This document shows, in pieces, positions 19,957 to 29,178 of a DNA stretch of 64,000 bases. Position numbers and translations under genes: made by a program. The first letter of the stretch is position 1, and every line of letters starts with the position of its first letter. This DNA comes from Candidatus Giovannonibacteria bacterium (GTDB lineage: Bacteria > Patescibacteriota > Minisyncoccia > UBA11713 > 2-01-FULL-45-33), in assembly GCA_016432405.1 (NCBI GenBank), contig CP066687.1, forward strand, positions 283,040 through 347,039. The letters are read 5' to 3'. The notes beneath the pieces were generated by a model. That model was not told where the DNA came from, did not search any database, and saw only the letters and a list, made by a program, of their open reading frames with translations.

Positions 19957-20619
19957 ATGCCCAAACTTTTTATCGTAGCCACGCCCATCGGGAATTTAAA
20001 AGATATCACTTTTCAAGCAGTTGATGTTTTAAAATCTGTTGACGCCATTTTGGCCGAAGATACGAGGGTAACCAGAAAACTTCTGGCGCACCTCGATATT
20101 CCCGGGCAAACAATTTCTTTCCGGGAGCATTCATCTCCGAAAATTTTAGAAAAGATTCTGAATTTAATAAAAGAAGATAAAAATTTGGCGTTGGTTACCG
20201 ACGCCGGGACCCCGGGGATTTCAGACCCGGGGCTGCGCCTGATAAACGCGGCGAAAAATATTGCTGATATTGTCCCAATACCCGGTCCCTCGGCGCTTTC
20301 GGCCATAATTTCGGTGAGCGACATTAATCTTTCGGAGTTTTGTTTTTTTGGCTTCCCGCCGCGCAAAAAGGGCCGGCGGGCGTTTTTTGCGCGAGTTGCC
20401 AACATGAATACGCCGGCGATTCTTTTTGAGTCGCCCCACCGCGTCCAAAAAACTCTGCGAGAACTGGAGTTGGCTTGCGGCGACAGATACGCAAATATCG
20501 GCAGGGAGCTCACCAAAATTCATGAAGAGATTTTCAGGGGAAAATTATCCGAAGCCAAAAAGCATTTCACGGGTGAACGCCAAAGAGGGGAATTTACTAT
20601 GATTATTGATACAAAATAA
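19957..20619 (+). CDS. rsmI: 16S rRNA C1402 2'-O-methyltransferase
   Basis: VATPIGNL, AEDTR, DAGTPGISDPG and RELTKIHEE. Confidence 0.95.
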   Translation: MPKLFIVATPIGNLKDITFQAVDVLKSVDAILAEDTRVTRKLLAHLDIPGQTISFREHSSPKILEKILNLIKEDKNLALVTDAGTPGISDPGLRLINAAKNIADIVPIPGPSALSAIISVSDINLSEFCFFGFPPRKKGRRAFFARVANMNTPAILFESPHRVQKTLRELELACGDRYANIGRELTKIHEEIFRGKLSEAKKHFTGERQRGEFTMIIDTK

Positions 20620-21326
20620 TGCACAGGTTTTATCTGCCGCAGGAATTAAATAAAGAAATTTTGGTGGTGAGGGACCGCTCGGTAATCCACCAGATTAAAG
20701 ACGTTTTAAAAATTCGCAAAGGAGAGCAGGCCGCGTTTTTCAGCGGCGCGCCGGAGGATCTCGGCTTTGATTTTGTCTTTGAGCTCAAAAATATTGAGGC
20801 CGGCTCCGCCGCCTTTATGCTTAGGGGAAAACTTGAAAACACAAGAGAGCCCTCAAAAAAATTGATTTTATACCAGTCGCTTATCAAAAAAGACAAATTT
20901 GAATTGGTTTTAGAGAAAGCCGTTGAGGTCGGGGTTTCGGAGATTGTGCCGGTAATATCTGCAAGATCAGAAAAGAAAAGCTTAAATACGGAGCGGTGCG
21001 CAGCGATTTTAAAAGAAGCCTCGGAGCAATCGGGGCGAGCGATAATTCCAAAACTGCATAAGGTTTTGTCTTTTGAGCGGGCGGTAAGCCAGGCGCAGGC
21101 TTCGGGAGCCAGAACCTATTTCATCTCAACTTCTGAAAAAGAAAATATGATTAGGGGCGCCGGAGACAGGCAGATAAACCTTTTTGTGGGCCCCGAGGGC
21201 GGCTGGGAGGAGCAGGAAATTTTCGCCGCAGGGCGCGCAAATTTTGAAATTATCTCTCTAGGACGTTTGACGTTCCGTTCCGAAACCGCCGCCGTGGTTG
21301 CGGCATACACTTTACTTTGGGGATAA
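20619..21326 (+). CDS. rsmE: 16S rRNA U1498 methyltransferase
   Basis: EASEQSGR, VGPEGG and LGRLTFRSETA. Confidence 0.93.
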   Translation: MHRFYLPQELNKEILVVRDRSVIHQIKDVLKIRKGEQAAFFSGAPEDLGFDFVFELKNIEAGSAAFMLRGKLENTREPSKKLILYQSLIKKDKFELVLEKAVEVGVSEIVPVISARSEKKSLNTERCAAILKEASEQSGRAIIPKLHKVLSFERAVSQAQASGARTYFISTSEKENMIRGAGDRQINLFVGPEGGWEEQEIFAAGRANFEIISLGRLTFRSETAAVVAAYTLLWG

Positions 21327-21354
21327 AATAAAAAAGCTATACTATGCATATTGA

Positions 21355-21939
21355 TCTAAAGAGCATCCTATTTCCACCTCGGTTTTAAAAGCGGTTCTTG
21401 CTACGGCCGTTGTTGGGGGAGTTTTAACTACTGCATTTATTGCGCCTGGGCTGGTTGCTATGGCTGGAAAAAACATAGCAGTCAAGCGCAAAGAAAAACG
21501 CGAAAGATATCAACAAATGTGGGCAAGGTTTCATGATTTAAGAAAACGCAAAAACCTTGAATATATTGGAGAAAACAAGGACGGCGAATTGATTTACAAA
21601 TTTAGCGACACTGGGCGGACTATCGCCAAAAAATTTCTAGTAGAGACTTTGGCAATTGAATATCCCAAGAAATGGGATTGCAAATGGCGCATTATTACAT
21701 TCGATATTCCTGAAAAATATAAAAAAGCTCGTAAGGCGTTTCAGCAAAAATTAAAAGAGCTTGGTTGCTATCCAGTCCAAAAAAGCGTCTGGATCCACCC
21801 ATTTCCCTGCGAAGCGGAGATCGGTTTTCTAAAAGATATCATGGCTATTCAGCCATTTGTTGAAATATATTTAACAAAGGAGATGCCTAACGGAAAAGCT
21901 TTGTACTATTTCCGTGATTTGATAAAAAAATATATATAA
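21355..21939 (+). CDS. PaaX-like protein with a Cas2-like C-terminal domain; 5' end apparently damaged
   Basis: KKWDCKWRIITFDIPE...LKELGCYPVQKSVW. The hydrophobic N-terminal segment is open from 21355, but the first in-frame ATG is at 21460. Confidence 0.75.
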   Translation, partial: SKEHPISTSVLKAVLATAVVGGVLTTAFIAPGLVAMAGKNIAVKRKEKRERYQQMWARFHDLRKRKNLEYIGENKDGELIYKFSDTGRTIAKKFLVETLAIEYPKKWDCKWRIITFDIPEKYKKARKAFQQKLKELGCYPVQKSVWIHPFPCEAEIGFLKDIMAIQPFVEIYLTKEMPNGKALYYFRDLIKKYI

Positions 21940-22111
21940 ATATTTACACTGCGTTATACTATGTATATTAACCTATCGTCCGTAATACGTAGTATGAAGA
22001 TTTGTATGGGATTGTAGAATTGTTGGGGAAAAATAAAAAAGCGGGTATTGGGACTTGCCACATTTTACGTGGTTATCCCTCACCGCTTTTAAAAGATTAG
22101 CTTGGTATTTA

Positions 22112-22498
22112 TTACGTAAAAAACCGAATTGCATCTGCCTCGTTCTCGAATAGATAGCCACAAAGGAAGCAGCACCCATCTTCTTCGTCATCTCCGTAGG
22201 TTACGAAGAATTTTTCAGTAGCTCGGTCGGCCTCCTTCATATTAAAGCTAATGCTAATGCTTGGAGTAGAACCGCCGTCAAATGTTAGTTCCATCACCAT
22301 TGCTCTGAAGAAGAGTTTGTGCTCCCCTTTCTTCCCACTATGCATAGGACACATACACGAGCTGAGGCGCAAAGTGATTCCCTTTTCTGTTACGTTTGTT
22401 ATTTGCCCCACACCGAAGGTCTTTCTTTTGAAGCCGAAGTACATCGACTTTAGTGCAGCTATAACTTTTCCGGCGCCACATATCTTAAACTGATTCAT
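22112..22498 (-). CDS. Hypothetical protein
   Basis: ORF with SD AAAGGGGG and its own TTGACA promoter; Cys-containing segments. Confidence 0.6.
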   Translation of the reverse strand: MNQFKICGAGKVIAALKSMYFGFKRKTFGVGQITNVTEKGITLRLSSCMCPMHSGKKGEHKLFFRAMVMELTFDGGSTPSISISFNMKEADRATEKFFVTYGDDEEDGCCFLCGYLFENEADAIRFFT

Positions 22499-22590
22499 GG
22501 AAACCCCCTTTCTATCTTTTGATATGCTAGAATATCTACTAAAATTTGTCAATATTGCGTGATTTCGGTGGTTGGCTAGAATACTCTTAA

Positions 22591-22633
22591 GCCGTAGAAG
22601 TGAGGCGGGGATACCGTAAGACCTACAGAGGCG
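22591..22633 (+). promoter_or_regulatory. Probable L10 leader (ribosomal protein autoregulation)
   Basis: GCCGTAGAAG...CCTACAGAGGCG directly upstream of rplJ resembles the L10-leader core. Confidence 0.6.
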
Positions 22634-22667
22634 AGATGAGCGGCTTTTGGGCCGCTAAAATTGTTTT

Positions 22668-23162
22668 ATGATTACACGAAAACAAAAAGAAGAGGCGGTT
22701 AAAAAGATCAAAGACAAATTGGGCGCGTCCGGCTTTGTCGCGTTTTTGAATTTTCATGGCTTGAGCGTTGCCAAAGGAATGGAACTTAGGCGGGCGTTGA
22801 AAAAAGCCGGCGCTGATTATTTGGTTTCCAAAAAAACACTTTTTGGAGTCGCGGCAAAGGAAGCGGGATTGGAAGTGAGCCGTGAGAAGTTGGAAGGCGA
22901 GATTGGGGCGGTTTTCGCGAAAGGCGAGGACGAAGCGCTGGCGTCTTCAAAAGAAATCGCGGTTTTTGCCAGAAAAAATAAGGATATGCTGAAAATTATC
23001 GGGGGGTTTTGGCAAAAAGCATGGATTAGCGCTGACGAAATCAAAAGATTGGCGGCGATACCGCCGCGCGAGGTTTTGCTTACCCAGCTAGCGTTTGTGC
23101 TGGCGCAGCCGATGGCAAGTTTTGCCAGAGTTTTAAACAAAATCGCTGAAAAACAAAAATAA
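22668..23162 (+). CDS. rplJ: 50S ribosomal protein L10
   Basis: FHGLSV..LRRAL...KKTL and LAAIPPREVLL. Confidence 0.95.
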   Translation: MITRKQKEEAVKKIKDKLGASGFVAFLNFHGLSVAKGMELRRALKKAGADYLVSKKTLFGVAAKEAGLEVSREKLEGEIGAVFAKGEDEALASSKEIAVFARKNKDMLKIIGGFWQKAWISADEIKRLAAIPPREVLLTQLAFVLAQPMASFARVLNKIAEKQK

Positions 23163-23203
23163 ACGGTCGATTAGTATATTAGTAAAAGTTAGTAATTAGT
23201 AAT

Positions 23204-23575
23204 ATGGCAGATTTAGAAAAAATAGTGGAAGAAGTTTCAAAGCTTTCGGCGCTTGAGCTTTCAGATTTGGTCAAAAAAATTGAAGAGAAATTTGGGGTTA
23301 GTGCGGCCCCGACGCTTGCGGTCGGGGCTCCGACTCCGGAGGACGTCGGAGCTAAGGATGAGCAAACAACTTTCAGCGTGGAGTTGAAATCGGCCGGAGG
23401 CACGAAGATTGCGGTAATCAAGGTTTTGAGGGAAGCTTTGGGTATGGGTTTGGCCGACGCTAAAGGAGTTGCCGATTCCGCCCCCAAAGTGGTAAAAGAA
23501 AGTATGGACAAAGCCGCAGCCGAGGAGCTTAAGGCCAAGCTTGAGGCCGCCGGCGCGACAGTGGAACTGAAATAA
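23204..23575 (+). CDS. rplL: 50S ribosomal protein L7/L12
   Basis: ELSDLVKKIEEKFGVSAA, KIAVIKVLRE..GLADAK and LEAAGATVELK. Confidence 0.97.
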   Translation: MADLEKIVEEVSKLSALELSDLVKKIEEKFGVSAAPTLAVGAPTPEDVGAKDEQTTFSVELKSAGGTKIAVIKVLREALGMGLADAKGVADSAPKVVKESMDKAAAEELKAKLEAAGATVELK

Positions 23576-23580
23576 TCCAA

Positions 23581-24249
23581 ATGCAGATTTTAGAAAAACT
23601 TTTTGGGGGCGGGGCGAGAGTCAAACTCTTAAGGTTTTTCCTGCTTTCTCCGGAAAAAGTTTTTGAATCGAAAGAAGCGGCAAAGATTTTGCGCGTATCT
23701 TCAAGCGCGGCCTCAAAAGAAACCAGGTTTTTGCTCTCGGTCGGCTTTTTAAAAAGGGCGAGCCGTACGGACGCTTTCATTAAACCCCGACGTAAAGTCG
23801 GGGTCCCGACCAAAGCGTCGGGAAAATCTTATAAAATCATGAAAAAACGCGTGAAAGGCGTCCAGCTTTCGCAAACCTTCCCTTACCTTTCGGCTTTGAG
23901 AAATCTGTTGGTTGACGCTTCGCCTGCGTCTCGCGAGAAGATGCTTAGATTTTTCAAAAACAAGGGCAAAATCAAACTCTTGGTTTTAGGCGGCGTTTTC
24001 AGCAACGATTTCGCGGCGGATGCTTTGGACTCCTCCGGCCGGCTGGATCTTTTGATAGCCGGCGAATTAAAACGCGGGGCGGCGGAGCGGTTTATCAAAA
24101 AAGTTGAGGCGGATGTAGGCAAGGAGCTGAATTGGACTTTGATGAGCGCTCCGGAATTTGAGCGTCGGCTTGCCATGCACGACAAGCTTCTGCGCGACCT
24201 CTTTGACTACCAGCACGAATTTTTGATAAATAAATTGGGGATAGAATAG
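23581..24249 (+). CDS. Winged-HTH protein with a nucleotidyltransferase-like C-terminal domain
   Basis: LEKLFGGGARVKLLRFF N-terminus; LGGVF...LDLLIAG; ELNWTLMS..EF. Confidence 0.7.
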   Translation: MQILEKLFGGGARVKLLRFFLLSPEKVFESKEAAKILRVSSSAASKETRFLLSVGFLKRASRTDAFIKPRRKVGVPTKASGKSYKIMKKRVKGVQLSQTFPYLSALRNLLVDASPASREKMLRFFKNKGKIKLLVLGGVFSNDFAADALDSSGRLDLLIAGELKRGAAERFIKKVEADVGKELNWTLMSAPEFERRLAMHDKLLRDLFDYQHEFLINKLGIE

Positions 24250-24250
24250 G

Positions 24251-24335
24251 TGGCGCATAGCCCCGACGTTTCATTTTTAATACGATAATTGTAGTCGGGG
24301 TCCCGACCAAAGCGTCGGGACTCAGCGGCAAAACG
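24251..24335 (+). pseudogene. 5' fragment of a tRNA interrupted by a 60-bp palindromic element
   Basis: TGGCGCATAG-[24261-24320]-CTCAGCGGCAAAACG is a near copy of 25071-25156. Confidence 0.7.
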
Positions 24336-24339
24336 TTTT

Positions 24340-24603
24340 ATGGCGTATGTATATATATTAAAAAGTTTGAGAGATGGCAGGTTTTATATTGGTAGCACTA
24401 TCAACTTAATACAACGACTAAAACACCATGCTGGAGGTTTTACACCAAGCACAAAAAGATTGGGGAAGATTGAGTTGGTATTATCTCAAGAATATTCTAC
24501 ACTAAGTGAAGCTAGAAAAATTGAGGTCAGAATAAAAAAGTTAAAACGCAAAGATTTTATTGAAAAAATGATAAAAGACGGCTTTATTAAATTGCGCCCT
24601 TAG
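24340..24603 (+). CDS. Small stand-alone GIY-YIG nuclease
   Basis: YVYILKS...FYIGST.NL..RLKHH...EARKIE..IKK; its stop codon lies inside the tRNA. Confidence 0.9.
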   Translation: MAYVYILKSLRDGRFYIGSTINLIQRLKHHAGGFTPSTKRLGKIELVLSQEYSTLSEARKIEVRIKKLKRKDFIEKMIKDGFIKLRP

Positions 24604-24665
24604 CTCAGTGGTAGAGCATTCCGTTCACATCGGAAAGGCCGTAGGTCCGATCCCTACAGGGCGCA
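24594..24665 (+). tRNA. tRNA-Val(CAC)
   Basis: Cloverleaf: GCGCCCT/AGGGCGC, GCTC/GAGC, TTCCG-TTCACAT-CGGAA, GTAGG-TCCGATC-CCTAC; CCA is not encoded. Confidence 0.88.
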
Positions 24666-24689
24666 CTATGATTGTGCTATGATTTTTAC

Positions 24690-25055
24690 ATGGCAGAACA
24701 AACTCCGAAGCTGGAAAATAAAAAGATTTATTTTGGTGAAAAAAATCTTAAAGCTGATGAAGTGATTCGTCAGCAAGGTTGGGCTTATGCCGGAGACCAA
24801 TTGAAGGGCGAAACAATAACACGCTTTGAGAAGCCAGATAGTTTACAGGCGGTAGAGATAGAGTCCCTGATAGCAGGAAGCGATGTGCATAATTATTTGG
24901 TTTGGGATGAGAATCTAGCTCATGTGGAAATAGTGAAATTAGCTACGCCGGAAGGTAAAAAACGATGGCAGGAATTAAACGATTTAGGATATACAATAAT
25001 AGATTCAAATATAGGCCGAACAGTTTTTGTGAAAAGCAAAATAAAAATGAATTAA
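24690..25055 (+). CDS. Hypothetical protein
   Basis: Lower-GC ORF between two tRNA-Val units; TGCTATGAT lies 6 nt before the ATG. Confidence 0.65.
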   Translation: MAEQTPKLENKKIYFGEKNLKADEVIRQQGWAYAGDQLKGETITRFEKPDSLQAVEIESLIAGSDVHNYLVWDENLAHVEIVKLATPEGKKRWQELNDLGYTIIDSNIGRTVFVKSKIKMN

Positions 25056-25070
25056 TCTAAATGCGCCGAG

Positions 25071-25203
25071 TTGCGCATAGCCCCGACGTTTCATTTTGAA
25101 TATCAATAATTGTAGTCTGGGTCCCGACCAAAACGTCGGGATTTAGCGGTAAAACGCTCCGTTCACATCGGAGAGACTCTAGGTTCGACTCCTAGTGCGC
25201 CCA
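25071..25203 (+). tRNA. tRNA-Val(CAC)-like gene with a 61-bp insertion in the D-stem (interrupted gene or pseudo-tRNA)
   Basis: Removing 25081-25141 gives TTGCGCA TA GTTT AGCGGTA AAAC G CTCCG TTCACAT CGGAG AGACT CTAGG TTCGACT CCTAG TGCGCCC A. Confidence 0.7.
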
Positions 25204-25439
25204 AAATTAAGCTTATTTTTATCCACACCCTGCGCCAATCCGCCAGCTGGCGGAGGGTTGTTTTATGTTAAAATGAAGCTATAAAGCCAAATACGGCTCA
25301 AATAAGCATATGGTCGATACAAACGCTTATTGACCGTCAACGAGGGCTTCTCGAGGGCTCTGGTTGCAATTATTAGAAACCCCGACGCCTTAGGGTCGGG
25401 GCTCCGACCGAAGCGTCGGAGTTAAATAATTAAATTATT

Positions 25440-26129
25440 ATGTTAGTACAAACATGGGGCGATGTCCTTGTGCTGTCTTTCCAAGAACTTTGGGGAGGCG
25501 TTGTGGCCTTTGTTCCGAAATTGGTTGTGGCCATCATAGTGTTCATTATCGGCTGGGTTATCGCCGTAGCTCTGGGTAAGATAGTTGAGCAAATTGCCCG
25601 CGCCATAAAAGTTGATACGGCTCTAAAGAGCGTCGGGGCGGACGAGGTTGTTTCCCGCGCCGGCATGCGGCTTGACTCCGGAGCGTTTTTGGGCGGCTTG
25701 GTGAGGTGGTTTGTAATATTGGTGTTCGTGTTGGCCGCCGTTGACGTGCTGGGCCTTTCGCAGGTGACTGAATTTTTGCGTTCCGTCGTGCTTGCTTACA
25801 TTCCGCAAGTCATTGTGGCCGCGTTAATCTTGGTTGCGGCTGCGCTTTTGGCTGAAACTGTCAGCAATGTTGTTGAGGGCAGCGCGCGCGCGGCTCATTT
25901 GCCTTCGGCCCGGCTTTTGGGCGGGGTTGCCAAATGGGCCATCTGGATTTTCGCGATTCTGGCGGCGCTTTACCAATTGGGCATCGCCGGCCCGTTTGTT
26001 CAGACGCTGTTTACGGCGGTTGTGGCTATGCTTGCTTTGGCCGGGGGCTTGGCTTTCGGTTTGGGAGGCAAGGAGGCCGCGGCTCGCTACATAGACAAGC
26101 TTCGCTCGGACATTTCTAACAATCGTTAA
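25440..26129 (+). CDS. CmpX-like / mechanosensitive-channel TM-helix protein
   Basis: FVPKLVVAIIVFIIGW, YIPQVIVAALIL and ALAGGLAFGLGGKE. Confidence 0.85.
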   Translation: MLVQTWGDVLVLSFQELWGGVVAFVPKLVVAIIVFIIGWVIAVALGKIVEQIARAIKVDTALKSVGADEVVSRAGMRLDSGAFLGGLVRWFVILVFVLAAVDVLGLSQVTEFLRSVVLAYIPQVIVAALILVAAALLAETVSNVVEGSARAAHLPSARLLGGVAKWAIWIFAILAALYQLGIAGPFVQTLFTAVVAMLALAGGLAFGLGGKEAAARYIDKLRSDISNNR

Positions 26130-26167
26130 GCGCCGATTATCCACAAGCCCCCCGCGTTGCGGGGGGC

Positions 26168-26195
26168 TTGACTTGTTTTTCGGGGCGATTATAAT
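26168..26195 (+). promoter_or_regulatory. Sigma70 promoter of the 23S-5S unit
   Basis: TTGACT-N16-TATAAT, with a DnaA-box 9-mer at 26137-26145. Confidence 0.7.
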
Positions 26196-28473
26196 GGGCT
26201 TACACAATCTATGAACAGTATTTTTAATCTATCAGGAATAACAAGCGGGTGATTCTCGTTTTTTGCGCGTTTCCCCGCTCCTGATGAGCGGATTTTTTGT
26301 TTATAGAGAGTGCGCACTTTGACAAGATAGTGAAATTTGTAAGCGCATTTTCTAACAAGACGGCCCCGATCTTGCATCGGGGCAGGTTACACCCCCGCTT
26401 AGCGGGGGTAAAAGGGCGTATGGCGGATGGCTCGAGATAAAATGGGCGACGAAGGGCGTGGCGTGACTGCGTTAAGCTTGGGGGAGGTGTCTAGCAACCT
26501 TTGATCCCAAGATTTCCGAATGGGGAAACCCGTTCCGACGATAAGTCGGAACGCCCCGACTGAAACGTCGGGGCGCGAACCCGCTGAAGTAAAACATTTC
26601 AGTAAGCGGAGGAAAAGAGAATAATAATTTATTCCCCCAGTAGCGGCGAGCGAAAAGGGAAGAGCCCAGATCTTTTCTAGTTTTCTAGTTTACTAGTTGG
26701 CTAGTTAAGAAGTAGTAAGTTTAGTCCGTCCCGAGAGGGGGAGAGTTCAAGTATTAAGGTTTGTCTAGCAGAACGGCCCTGGAAAGGCCGGCCAAAGAGG
26801 GTAATAGCCCCGTAAGCGAAAGTCACCTTTGACTCTCTGGACTAAACCCCCACACCAAAATTTTTTGGTGTGGGGGTGAACTTGAGTACCTCGAAAAATG
26901 TGTAGTTCGGGGGAATCTGCCGGCACGAGCCGGTAAGGCTAAATACCATTTATCATCGATAGTGAACCAGTACCGTGAGGGAAAGTTGAAAAGCAGCCCG
27001 GTGAGGGCGGTGAAATAGTACCTGAAACCATATGCTTACAAGGAGTCGGAGCCCCGATGCGCAAGCATCGAGGGTAACGGCGTGCCTATTGAAGAATGAG
27101 CCAACGACTTATTCAGCATCTTTTGTCTAAGGGCGCAGAGCCCGGAGGCGAAGGGAAACCGAGTCTTAAAAGGGCGATTTTGGTATTTATTTATCAAAAA
27201 AGGTGCTGGATAGACCCGAAGCCGGATGAGCTTGCCATGGCCAGGGTGAACCCCGCCGAAAGGCGGGGGGAGGCCCGAACCGTTTAGCCGTTCAATACTA
27301 TCGGATGAGCTGTGGCAAGGAGTGAAAAGCTAATCGAATTCGGTAATAGCTGGTTCTCTCCGAAATAGCTTTAGGGCTAGCGTCCGCCAAAAATTAGCAG
27401 GTAGAGCTACTAGAAGGTTCGTATAGGGCGAAAGCTCGACGATCCTACTAAACTCCGAATGGCTAATCTATTTAGGCGGATAGTCAGACTATGGGGGCTA
27501 AGCTCCATTGGTCAAAAGGGAAACAGCCCAGATCTCAATCTAAGGTCCCTAAATTTCTGCTAAGTGCAAAGAAGGTGGTGGAGTTTCTTAAACAGCGAGG
27601 AGGTTGGCTTAGAAGCAGCCATCCTTTAAAGAGTGCGTAACAGCTCACTCGTCAAGAGACTTCGCGCCGAAAATTATCGGGGCTAAGCAGAGTACCGAAG
27701 GTGAGAATTTTGTCCTAAACTTAGTTTGGGACAGAGTGGTAGGAGAGCGTTCCAAATGCAGTGAAGCCCACGGCGCGAGCCGGAGTGGAGCGTTTGGAAG
27801 CGAGAATGTTGGCACAAGTAACCACAAGTCCGGTGAAAGCCCGGACCACCGAAAACCCAAGGTTTCCTTGGCAATGACAATCAGCCAAGGGTTAGTCGGC
27901 CCTAAGCCAATGGCGAAAGCCGGAGGCGATGGACAGCAGGTTAATATTCCTGCACTGCGTATAGTTTTGACGGCAGGACGGAGTCTAGTATGCAAAGCGC
28001 ATTATTGGATTTGCGTTCGGGCTTTGAGGATAGAGCGCAGGCAAATCCGCGCTCAAGCGCTTTAATGCGCGTTATCCAAGAAGAGCGAAAATTTTTTCCG
28101 CAAGGTTAAGAAATTTTGCAAAGCAGGCTTCCCAGAAAAATGTCTAAAATTATCTATACGCAACCGTACCGAAATCCGACACAGGTGGGTAGGTCGAGTA
28201 GACCAAGGTGAACGAGTGAAAGATCCCCAAGGAACTCGGCAAAAAAGCATCCGTAAGTTCGCAATATGGATTTCCCGACCTCGCAAGAGTGTCGGGACGC
28301 AGCGAAAGTACCCCTGGCGACTGTTTAACAAAAACACAGCTCCCTGCAAACTCGTAAGAGGAAGTATAGGGGGTGACGCCTGACCAATGCGAGAAGGTTA
28401 ACGCTGGCGTTCCTCCGACGTTACGTCGGAGGGGTGACCGGCCGAAGCCCTCGTCAATGTCGGCCGTAACTAT

Positions 28474-29178
28474 AGAAATTTGTCCGTTGTAGTTACGTTA
28501 AAAAATCTCGCTATATGCGGGAAACTCTGGCAGGATTCACAGCTACTCATCGCAGTCGAGCGAAAGTAACAATGCTGTGATGCAGACAATCCGCAGGAAA
28601 CTTCTTTGATTAAAAAATCAAATGACTGAATGGATAAAAACCATTGATCCAAAAATCGGTTATTACATAGCCGGATTTACAGACGGAGAAGGAAGCTTCA
28701 ATGTTTCTGTAAAAAAAGAAATGATTATAAGGATCAATGGAAACTTACAGCTTCGTTTAACATCTCTCAAAAAGATCGCGTAATCTTAGCGCAAATCAAA
28801 AACGTGCTTGGATGCGGGACTTTAAGAGAAAGACCGGATGGAGTTGTGTACTACGAAGTGACCAATGTTCGGTCGCTTCAAGAAAAAATTATTCCTTTCT
28901 TTGAGCGGTTTGGGTTTCTATCCGCAAATAAAAAAAGAAACTTCTCGATTTTCAGAAAAATTGTTGAGGCAATGGCAAAAAACGAACATCTTACAAGAGA
29001 TGGCTTCAGAAGAATTTTGCAATTGCGCGAAACATTAAATGAAGGTCGGGGCAGAAAGCGTAAATATCAATTATCAGATGTTTACAAAGAAGGCTCCTCA
29101 GAGACTATACGCGAGACCCCGCCATCGGCGGGGAAGATATAGTCCGATCTCATGGGCGACTATGAGCTAACACAAATA
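28474..29178 (+). mobile_element. Group I intron at the E. coli 23S position-1917 equivalent
   Basis: Splits GTAACTAT|AACGGTCC; P1 GTAACTAT/GTAGTTAC with U.G; P10 CCGTT/AACGG; R element CAGAGACTA and S element AAGATATAGTCC. Confidence 0.92.
28622..29142 (+). pseudogene. Single-motif LAGLIDADG homing endonuclease, frameshifted
   Basis: YIAGFTDGEGSFNVS from ATG 28622 continues in the -1 frame after the A7 run at 28711-28717 (...FNISQKD...LGCG...IIPFFE). Confidence 0.88.
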
